Positions 1-8,083 of a stretch of DNA of 64,000 bases are shown here, piece after piece. How positions within the stretch are numbered: the stretch's first letter is position 1; each line of letters starts with the position of its first letter. Origin of the DNA: Sphagnum compactum (Eukaryota); the NCBI GenBank assembly GCA_965153455.1, contig OZ234493.1, positions 16,296,213 through 16,360,212 on the forward strand, given 5' to 3'. A program made the translations under genes and the position numbers. Below the pieces are notes generated by a model, which was given only the letters and a program-made list of their open reading frames with translations, was not told the origin of the DNA and made no database searches.

Positions 1-1479
1 TAATAAGTATAGACTTGTTAAAAGAAAATTCAAATTCAAGATTTTCTTCACATTAAAGAGGTCATTTATCATTAGGCAACACTTGCAAATGTGTAAAAAA
101 ACATGGGAAATTTTTATTTAAAATTTGAATTTGTCAATGCTTATAGCTTTAAAAGTCGTAGCACTTGTGTCATTTTAAAATTTTAAAAATCATTTTTTTT
201 TTCACACATGAGGGATGAAAACCTAGTGATAAAAACCTTGATCCTTCTTTAGAATGTCTTTGGATCAAATCCTCTTGAAAGAAAAATTGGTAGAGAATTG
301 GTGTTTTTTTAATTTTTTTTTGAAAACCAAGCCAATTATCTAAAACTCGAAAAAAGGTTAAAAACCAGAGCCAATTTTTTTAATGTGTTCTTAGAACCAG
401 AATCAACAATTATAAGAAAACAAAACGAGAATCACCAAACACTTAGTAGCACCAAGTATCTAGTACAAGAACATACTTTCTTGTGTAAATACATGATACT
501 TTTAAGAACATAATTTTGCATTTTAAAAAAAGAAATGCACAAGCAATGTGCAAGAACTCTGTCTGTTATACAATTAATTATTATAGCTATTACACATTGA
601 ATTGTTCCTTCACTCAAGAAAACAAAAACTATCAATTTCAGACCATCAAATCCAACATGTGATTGCCCAATTGGCCTTGGGTGAACCTGCATGTACACTG
701 GAACATGTTTTGGGCTTGCTTCTTTATATTAGAAGAATAATTCTGTTCTAAGACAAAATGAGAGTCTCCCGGAGCTCAAAATTATTAATATTTCTTGTAC
801 CAAATTTTCTTTTTGCATTCCTCATTGGATACTTGTATGTGTTACTGCAGTTTCCAATTCAAATACCAACAAGAGAATGCGGGTTTTCTCACACAAAAGT
901 TTGTGGGTCATGACATGACATGTGTGAGGTAAACTTTCTGGTTTCATTCATTACAATGTGGAATATGAATGTTTATTGTTGCATATATTATATTGAAATT
1001 ACAACTTGACATTAAGTTATGGCACTAGAACCGTGTGGTTGGTGAAAAAACTTTGGATTAATCCAATGCTATTTAGTGTCAATTCAAAAAAATTATAATC
1101 ATATATATTTTAAAATATCGAAATGTTATTATTCCACTTGTATTAGCTCTTACTTTCATGATTTATATCTACAATATGTTGGGACCTACTTGGTATCAAT
1201 TTGCAAGTTTGCATAGTCAATCCAATTATCAATATATTCGTTTTATTTTGTAATAATTGTATGGTAAGTATAAAGAGATTGTATGCATGCATTGGTTAAA
1301 ATGGAAGACTTTGACATTCACAATCCCTAATGTCTCAAATCTGAAAATTTCACAAAGAGCTTCGAAGTTATATTAAATTACCAAATGAACATAAAGTTCC
1401 CAATCCCTATAAAGGCCCAAAGAATTCCTATTGTGGGTGATAAAAAATTCTTGTCAATGAACCACTCCTTTTGTCAACC

Positions 1480-2000
1480 ATTATAATACCTTGGGTGCTA
1501 TGACCTCAAACCTCAAAAGTAGACAATACCTCAAGAATACAAATGAACAACCTTTGTTATCTATGTGTGAAAATTTGGTTGATTGAGAACTAAATCAAAA
1601 TGGACACATAGCTCCTTGTGAGAACTTAACCACATGAAGTACCTTGGGTGCTTTGACCTCAAAGCTCAAGAGTCAACAATATTTTAAGTGTACAAGTGAA
1701 TAGCCTCTATTATTTGTGTTTTAAAACTTGGTTTGATTAGGAGCATAACCCAAGTGGGGCATAATTACAACTCACAATTCAACCATGTGTGCCTTAAACA
1801 TTCTAAGTGTTTTAACATAAAACACTCAAAGTACAATATTAGCTCAAGCATACAAACAAACATGTTATGCAATTTAACCTGGATTGATTTGAAAGCCATG
1901 TAAGGTTATAGCTCCAATTCATACCTCAACCCTTATTAAGCACCTTAGGCCTTCTACCTCTTGAAACTTGAAACTTGAAATATTTCAAGCATACAAACAA
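1480..2000. repeat. Degenerate tandem repeat, ~150-bp period, ~4 copies
   Basis: Motif ACCTTGGGTGCT(A/T)TGACCTCAAA(C/G)CTCAA(A/G)AGT..ACAATA at ~1488 and ~1641, with weaker copies near 1800 and 1943. Boundaries approximate. Confidence 0.55.
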
Positions 2001-2310
2001 AGAAGAGACCCATATTTTTTTGTCAACTATTGGGCATGAATGCAAGCAAGTGCAATTCAAAGATTTGAAAAATTAACACTCAGAATTTGATCAAAGACAT
2101 GCAAATTGAACAAGAAAAGAAAACATTTATATTTTAAATAATGAAAAGGAATCCTATCTAACCTACGAAGATTCGTTGTTGCAAACTTTCTTTTTGTGTA
2201 TGATAAGAAGCTTGAATAGGGCCATGCTTGTAATGAGGGCCTAGCACAAGGCAAGAGTCGAACATGCCACCCAAATTCACAAAATTGACTCTTTAGTGGA
2301 GGTAGGCCTG

Positions 2311-2634
2311 AGGGCTCAAAACGCAATCTGAATTTCCAAGGCGCCACGTGGCATCAATTTTTCTAATTTATGGAGCTGAAAATCAAAAGTTCAAAATTCA
2401 GGCTCAAAACGCAACCTAAATTTTCAGGGCGCCACGTGGCATCAATTTTTCCAATTTATGGAACTGAAAATCAAAAGTTCAAAACTCAGGAAAGTTTGAT
2501 TTTCTGTCAGTTGGCCTGGTGGGGGAATGCATTCTATGTGTGTGTTACACAGTTCATAATGGAGGACAATTTATGGAGCTGAAAATCAAAAGTTCAAAAC
2601 TCAGGAAAATTTGATTTTCTGTCAGTTGGCCTGG
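2311..2634. repeat. Local tandem duplications (~89-bp and ~115-bp units) forming the retrotransposon target site
   Basis: GGCTCAAAACGCAA...GCGCCACGTGGCATCAATTTTT...TTATGGA.CTGAAAATCAAAAGTTCAAAA occurs twice, and AATTTATGGA.CTGAAAATCAAAAGTTCAAAA three times. The uninterrupted copy GTCAGTTGGCCTGGTGGGGGAATGCATTCTATGTG (~2506-2540) matches the sequence split by the element at 2634/8084. Confidence 0.85.
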
Positions 2635-2859
2635 TGTCATGGCCTAGGATATTTTTGGATACTTTTGGCAATGTCATGGCCTAGGATATTTTTGGATACT
2701 TTTGGCAATGTCATGGCCTAGGATATTTTGGGACTAGTATGGCTCAGGGTTATAAAAGGAGATAGTCTGGGGAACAACCCTTTAGCAGATCAACACCAGT
2801 TGATGAGTCAATAAAGCTTGTCTTGTAATTCTCCATTTGTTTGTAGTCGGTCCATAACA
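2635..2859 (+). repeat. 5' LTR (151-bp core 2709-2859 preceded by two 37-bp tandem units)
   Basis: Starts TGTCATGG and ends CCATAACA. TATAAAA at 2751-2757, AATAAA at 2810-2815. Units 2635-2671 and 2672-2708 both read TGTCATGGCCTAGGATATTTTTGGATACTTTTGGCAA. Confidence 0.95.
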
Positions 2860-2861
2860 GT

Positions 2862-2871
2862 TTGATCTGCT
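2862..2871 (+). promoter_or_regulatory. Primer-binding site of self-priming type
   Basis: TTGATCTGCT, 2 nt after the LTR end, is the exact reverse complement of AGCAGATCAA (2784-2793) in the LTR, ~33 nt downstream of the TATA box. There is no TGG tRNA-type PBS. Confidence 0.8.
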
Positions 2872-3226
2872 CCTTCTTCTTGTTTGTTTATTTTGTTGTT
2901 TCAGTAAGTAGCTAGAGGTATATTGGAGTGAAACTTGGAAAGGTTATAGAAGACTATAGGACGCTTCTACTCTCAAAGTTTCAAAAGAAAAGGATATGTT
3001 TTGAGAGAGATCCAAGCATCTGAAGTTTCAAGTGCAGATCTGGTTTTTTGGTCATATCTCCTTTGTGTAAGCTTTTTTGGGTCTGTAACTTTGTGATCTT
3101 ATAGATCATATAGGAATATATGTGTGAGAGAAATTTCATGTCATTTGGACTTGTATTGAGAGAGATCCAAGCATCTGAAGTTTCAAGTTTGACGATTGAA
3201 AGCGCAAAAGTGTGAGAACTACCACC

Positions 3227-4201
3227 ATGGACAACTCCGAATCCAACATCGATCTCACTCAAATCCTCGCCGCCCTTCAGCACCTTCAACAAGAAAATGC
3301 CGTGCTTAGAGACTCGGTGACCCGCCTACAGAATCAGTCACCACCTCCTGCCCCAGTACTTCCTACTCTTGCAATGGCCGCCCAAGAGCCCAAGATTAGT
3401 CTGCCAGAAAAGTTTGATGGAACGCGCCTCAAATTTCGAGGCTTTGTCAGCCAGGTACGCCTGATCATGCAACTACACCCCCGTCGTTATTTTGATGACA
3501 CCACTCGTGTAGGATTTGTTGGAACCCTACTCACTGGGACAGCTGTAGCATGGTTTGCTCCCATCCTGGAAACATCATCCCCTCTTCTACAAGATTTCAA
3601 CGCCTTTATGGCGGAATTTGAAGCAGTATTTGGGGATAGTGATAAGGCCAGGACTTCAGCCAATAAGCTGCGTCGCCTCCAGCAAGGGACACGTTCGGCC
3701 ATCGTCTACGCCTCAGAATTCAGGCAGCTTGCCTGTGACGTTAATTGGGGAAAAGCTGCCTTGATTGATCAGTTTCGCTGTGGGCTTCGTGATGATGTTC
3801 AAGATCTTTTGTTGACACTCGCAGACCCTTCTTCCTTCAGTGAAGCCATCACCCAGGCAATTCGGTGCGATAATCGTCTGTTCGAACGTCGCCAGGAAAA
3901 GAAAGTCACCTCCAACGCCCAGCTTTGGAACGGTCGGCCTACTACGCTCCCCTTAGTTCCCCAAACAACACCAGTTGCCCGACCTGCCTCTTTTGGACCT
4001 ACTCCGATGCAGATCGACACAGCTAAGTTTAAATCTTTGACAGAAGCCGAGAAACTTCGCCGAAGGACAAACAATCTATGTCTTTACTGTGGCAACCCAG
4101 GGCATATAGCTTGTCAATGCCCTCAAAAGCTTGTCAAACTTCAGGTACAAGCTGTGGAAACTCCCCAGGAGTTGGAAAACAAAAACATCCAGTCACAGTA
4201 G
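3227..4201 (+). CDS. gag: Retrotransposon Gag (capsid plus CCHC zinc knuckle; PEG10/sushi-like)
   Basis: ORF 3212-4201 with first ATG at 3227 (MDNSES...). Contains PEKFDG..FRGF..Q, LRRLQQG..Y..EF, and CLYCGNPGHIACQC zinc knuckle. Confidence 0.93.
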   Translation: MDNSESNIDLTQILAALQHLQQENAVLRDSVTRLQNQSPPPAPVLPTLAMAAQEPKISLPEKFDGTRLKFRGFVSQVRLIMQLHPRRYFDDTTRVGFVGTLLTGTAVAWFAPILETSSPLLQDFNAFMAEFEAVFGDSDKARTSANKLRRLQQGTRSAIVYASEFRQLACDVNWGKAALIDQFRCGLRDDVQDLLLTLADPSSFSEAITQAIRCDNRLFERRQEKKVTSNAQLWNGRPTTLPLVPQTTPVARPASFGPTPMQIDTAKFKSLTEAEKLRRRTNNLCLYCGNPGHIACQCPQKLVKLQVQAVETPQELENKNIQSQ

Positions 4202-7200
4202 GAGCCGTGCGACTGGATCTCACCCAACACCACCTTTGCAAAGGCTCCTGTTCCGCTGTTGGTCCCAGTCCCAGTTTCACTCAGTATGTGGACATCATTC
4301 GTATTCCAGAAGACATACCACAAGTGTTAGCTTTGGTGGACTCCGGCGCCACCTCTTCTTTCATCGACCAAACATTTGTCGTCCAACACAACATCCCTGT
4401 GGTCAAAAAGTCAACCCCTGTTTCGGTAGAGGTTATTGATGGGAGAACCATTGCTTCTGGTGCAATCACACACGAGACAACCCCTCTAGAACTTTGTATC
4501 GGCAAGCACACGGAGAAGATTGTTCTCAACATCATTTCCACCCCTCACCATCCCATCATCCTTGGTCTGCCTTGGCTAGAAGCACACAACCCTATCATTG
4601 ATTGGCGATCTAGAACCCTCACCTTCAGTGCACAACGATGCACCTCTCAAGAACCCCACGCTCAGAAAAACACTTTGTCCAGTCCTGCCAAGAACCCTGT
4701 GGTCGAGAACCCAAAGAGGGTCGGAACCAATTCCAGTTTTATCAAGTCTGTTATGTCAAATCCTGCAGTCAAGAACCCTCGGTTGGTCAGAACGAAACCT
4801 TGTCCTGTCAAGAATCTTGTCAAGAATCCTGCCCAGAAAACCAATCCTGTCCAGATCTTTGTTGATAGAGCTGTCCCTTTCTATCGGGCTGCTAAGAATC
4901 TTCAAGTTTTCGCCATCCATGTCAACCCAGCCAACACCACAAACCCCCAATCAGAACCAACACCTGTCAAACTTCCCAAGAAGTACAAGGACTTTGTTGA
5001 TGTTTTTGAAAAGATTAATGCTGATCAGCTCCCCGCCCATAGTCCATATGACTGCCCGATTGATCTAGAAGAAGGACACTCACCACCCTTTGGTCCTATC
5101 TATGGCCTATCGGAACCAGAACTCCAAGCCCTGCGTGATTACCTTACTGAAAATCTTGCCAAGGGGTTCATTCAGCATTCCAAGTCTCCAGCCGGCGCCC
5201 CAATTTTGTTTGTCAAGAAGAAGGATGGCTCCCTTCGACTCTGTGTGGATTATCGTGGACTCAACAAGATAACCAAAAAGAATCGATATCCTTTGCCCTT
5301 GATTTCAGGTCTCCTAGATCGACTACGTACCGGGAAGATCTTCACCAAGCTTGACCTCCGTGGAGCCTACAACTTACTCAGGATTCGCGCTGGTGATGAA
5401 TGGAAGACAGCTTTCCGCACACGCTATGGCCACTTCGAATACACGATCATGCCCTTCGGCCTCACCAATGCACCCGCAGTCTTTCAGCATCTGATGAATG
5501 ATATCTTTCGGGATTACATGGACGAATTTGTCGTGGTCTATTTGGATGACATTTTAATCTTTTCCAAGGACCAGGAAACCCACGACAAACATGTACGATT
5601 GGTGCTTGCGACGCTGCGGGAGCATGGCTTATACGCCAAGTTGGAAAAATGTGAATTCGACAAATCTTCAGTGGCGTTCCTCGGCTACGTGATCTCTCCA
5701 GATGGCATTTTCATGGACAAGTCAAAGGTCGAGACCATCCAGTGTTGGGCTACTCCATCCTCGGTCAAGGACGTTCAACGCTTCCTAGGGTTTGCCAACT
5801 TCTATCGTCGGTTTATCAAAGGCTACTCCAAGATCACAACCCCGTTAATAACCCTAACTTGCAAAGACAAGCCCTTCTCGTGGAATCCAACGGCCCAGGC
5901 TGCTTTTGATACTCTCAAGATGGCATTCACCTCTGCACCCATCCTGATACATCCTGATCCTGCCAAGCCATTCATTGTGGAAACGGATGCTTCAGATTTT
6001 GCCTTGGGAGCTATTCTATCTCAATTTGGAATAGATGGGTTGCTGCATCCAGTTGCTTTTTATTCACGGAAGTTAACCAGTGCCGAAATCAACTACCAGG
6101 TCTACGATAAGGAACTTCTCGCAATCAAAACGGCATTCGAGCAGTGGAGACCGTATCTTGCCGGAGCTCAACATCGAGTCCAAGTTCTGACAGATCACAA
6201 GACTCTCCTTTATTTCACAACTACTCGGACCTTAAACCGTCGCCAGGCACGCTGGTCTATCTTCCTAGCTGATTTCGACTTTGAGATTCAGTATCAACTC
6301 GGCACCCAGCAAGGGAAAGCTGACGCGCTATCTCGTCGTTCAGAATATGAACTTCGAGCGGGGGATGAGGCCTACGGCCAGCAGAACCAGACTTTACTCA
6401 ACCCCGAGCAATTTCGAGTTGCAGCAACAATCAGCACTCTCCCAGACTCATACCTTGTCAGGGACATCAAGATGGCAACTGAGGAAGACACCTGGGCTAC
6501 CAACATCAAGAAGGAACTCCAGGAACGACCAAGGAACCCAAATCGTGATGACTTGGATCAATTTGAGCAGCAAGACGGACTTCTCCTTCGAAATAACCTG
6601 ATTTATGTACCCGAAGGACCTATACACCTAAAAATCCTAAGGGAATGCCACGACAACACCCTGGCAGGTCACTTTGGAATGGCACGGACTCACGAACTAG
6701 TGTCAAGGACTTACTGGTGGCCCAAAATGAACAAGATGCTACGGGAGTATGTCAAGTCTTGTGATACATGTGCTCGATCCAAGGCTCCCAGACATCGCCC
6801 GTTTGGACTCCTACAGCCTCTGTCGATTCCTAGCCGACCTTGGGGATCTATTGCAATGGACTTCATCACGGACCTCCCTACTGTCAGAACCAAGAATTCA
6901 ATACTGGTTGTGGTCGATCGACTCACCAAAATGGCCCATTTCACCCCTTGTTCCAAGTCAATCACGGCAGAAGAGACAGCTCAGTTAATTCTGGACGGGA
7001 TCGTCCGACTGCATGGACTCCCTGAGGAAATTGTGTCCGACAGAGGTCCTCAGTTTGCATCCAAGTTCTGGCATCGTCTATTCGAGCTTCTTGGAGTTGA
7101 CATTCGGCTATCTTCAACTTTCCACCCTGAGACAGATGGACAAACCGAACGGACAAACCAGACACTCGAGCAATACCTTCGCTGCACTGTGAACTACCAA

Positions 7201-7932
7201 CAGGACGACTGGCTGGACCTACTATCTCAAGCAGAGTTTGCTTATAATAACACAACACATGCATCGACCGGGCTCAGTCCATTCTTTGCCAATTACGGTT
7301 TTCATCCCAGGTTCAGCCTTGAAATTCCTGGAGACTCCGTAAACCCCTCGGCTGAAGAAAGGGCCACGAGGCTTGGACAGGTTCAACAGAACCTTATGGC
7401 AGAACTCAAGCTAACACAGGAGTGGCAAAAGAAGCAAGTAGACCGCCGACGCAAGGACCATCCAAACTTCAAGGTTGGAGACAAGGTCTGGCTTCTCAGA
7501 AAGAACATTGCTACCACTCGCCCATGTGCCAAGTTGGATTACAAGCGCCTCGGACCTTTCAAAATCGCCAAATTGGTTGGTCTAGTGGCTTGCCAGTTGG
7601 AGCTTCCACCCCAGTTCAAAATCCACAATGTTTTCCATGTCTCCTTGCTTGAGCCCTATCATGAAAACCCAATCCCAGAACGTCATCAAGAACCCCCAGC
7701 TCCAGTCGAAATTGAAGGCCAAGAAGAGTTTGAAGTTCAGGAGGTGTTGGACTCCAAGAAGATTCGTGGAAAGCTCCTGTACTTTGTCTTTTGGCGAGGT
7801 TATCCTTCTTCTGAAGCTACTTGGGAGCATGTTGGAAACCTAGTTCATGCCCAAGACTTAGTTAATCGGTTTCACCAACGATATCCTAACAAACCGGCTC
7901 CATCTAGAAGATGTCGCTTGAGGAGAGGATAA
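4078..7932 (+). CDS. pol: Retrotransposon Pol (protease, RT, RNase H, integrase, chromodomain), in -1 frame relative to gag
   Basis: LVDSGA protease; RLCVDYRGLN, MPFGLTNAPA and YLDD RT; TDASD/DKELLAI/ADALSR RNase H; H..H..CDTC, SDRG and DGQTER integrase; GPF; C-terminal FEVQEVLD..YFVFWRGYP..ATWE chromodomain. Probably translated by frameshift near 4174-4180 rather than from the ATG at 4078. Confidence 0.96.
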   Translation: MSLLWQPRAYSLSMPSKACQTSGTSCGNSPGVGKQKHPVTVGAVRLDLTQHHLCKGSCSAVGPSPSFTQYVDIIRIPEDIPQVLALVDSGATSSFIDQTFVVQHNIPVVKKSTPVSVEVIDGRTIASGAITHETTPLELCIGKHTEKIVLNIISTPHHPIILGLPWLEAHNPIIDWRSRTLTFSAQRCTSQEPHAQKNTLSSPAKNPVVENPKRVGTNSSFIKSVMSNPAVKNPRLVRTKPCPVKNLVKNPAQKTNPVQIFVDRAVPFYRAAKNLQVFAIHVNPANTTNPQSEPTPVKLPKKYKDFVDVFEKINADQLPAHSPYDCPIDLEEGHSPPFGPIYGLSEPELQALRDYLTENLAKGFIQHSKSPAGAPILFVKKKDGSLRLCVDYRGLNKITKKNRYPLPLISGLLDRLRTGKIFTKLDLRGAYNLLRIRAGDEWKTAFRTRYGHFEYTIMPFGLTNAPAVFQHLMNDIFRDYMDEFVVVYLDDILIFSKDQETHDKHVRLVLATLREHGLYAKLEKCEFDKSSVAFLGYVISPDGIFMDKSKVETIQCWATPSSVKDVQRFLGFANFYRRFIKGYSKITTPLITLTCKDKPFSWNPTAQAAFDTLKMAFTSAPILIHPDPAKPFIVETDASDFALGAILSQFGIDGLLHPVAFYSRKLTSAEINYQVYDKELLAIKTAFEQWRPYLAGAQHRVQVLTDHKTLLYFTTTRTLNRRQARWSIFLADFDFEIQYQLGTQQGKADALSRRSEYELRAGDEAYGQQNQTLLNPEQFRVAATISTLPDSYLVRDIKMATEEDTWATNIKKELQERPRNPNRDDLDQFEQQDGLLLRNNLIYVPEGPIHLKILRECHDNTLAGHFGMARTHELVSRTYWWPKMNKMLREYVKSCDTCARSKAPRHRPFGLLQPLSIPSRPWGSIAMDFITDLPTVRTKNSILVVVDRLTKMAHFTPCSKSITAEETAQLILDGIVRLHGLPEEIVSDRGPQFASKFWHRLFELLGVDIRLSSTFHPETDGQTERTNQTLEQYLRCTVNYQQDDWLDLLSQAEFAYNNTTHASTGLSPFFANYGFHPRFSLEIPGDSVNPSAEERATRLGQVQQNLMAELKLTQEWQKKQVDRRRKDHPNFKVGDKVWLLRKNIATTRPCAKLDYKRLGPFKIAKLVGLVACQLELPPQFKIHNVFHVSLLEPYHENPIPERHQEPPAPVEIEGQEEFEVQEVLDSKKIRGKLLYFVFWRGYPSSEATWEHVGNLVHAQDLVNRFHQRYPNKPAPSRRCRLRRG
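4174..4249 (+). promoter_or_regulatory. -1 programmed ribosomal frameshift signal (slippery site plus pseudoknot)
   Basis: G GAA AAC (4174-4180) in gag frame, 6-nt spacer, stem 1 ATCCAGTC(4187-4194)/GACTGGAT(4211-4218), stem 2 AGGAGCC(4200-4206)/GGCTCCT(4243-4249). Confidence 0.75.
7920..7932 (+). other. Polypurine tract
   Basis: GAGGAGAGGATAA directly abuts the 3' LTR and overlaps the last pol codons and TAA stop. Confidence 0.85.
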
Positions 7933-8083
7933 TGTCATGGCCTAGGATATTTTGGGACTAGTATGGCTCAGGGTTATAAAAGGAGATAGTCTGGGGAACA
8001 ACCCTTTAGCAGATCAACACCAGTTGATGGGTCAATAAAGCTTGTCTTGTAATTCTCCACTTGTTTGTAGTCGGTCCATAACA
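7933..8083 (+). repeat. 3' LTR (151 bp)
   Basis: 149/151 identical to 2709-2859; followed by TSD CCTGG. Confidence 0.96.

Larger units (their letters stand above)
2635..8083 (+). mobile_element. Full-length Ty3/Gypsy chromovirus LTR retrotransposon (Tf1/sushi/Tcn1-like)
   Basis: TG...CA LTRs and 5-bp TSD CCTGG (2630-2634 and 8084-8088). Uninterrupted gag and pol in PR-RT-RH-IN-chromodomain order, with a PPT before the 3' LTR. LTR cores differ at only 2 of 151 positions. Confidence 0.97.

Noticed and set aside
430-950. Transposase-like coding remnant at window start
   Set aside because: Protein-like fragments are too short and stop-ridden to assign.
3487-7843. Small ORFs overlapping gag/pol in other frames or antisense
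   Set aside because: Shadow ORFs of long coding sequence with no independent motifs.
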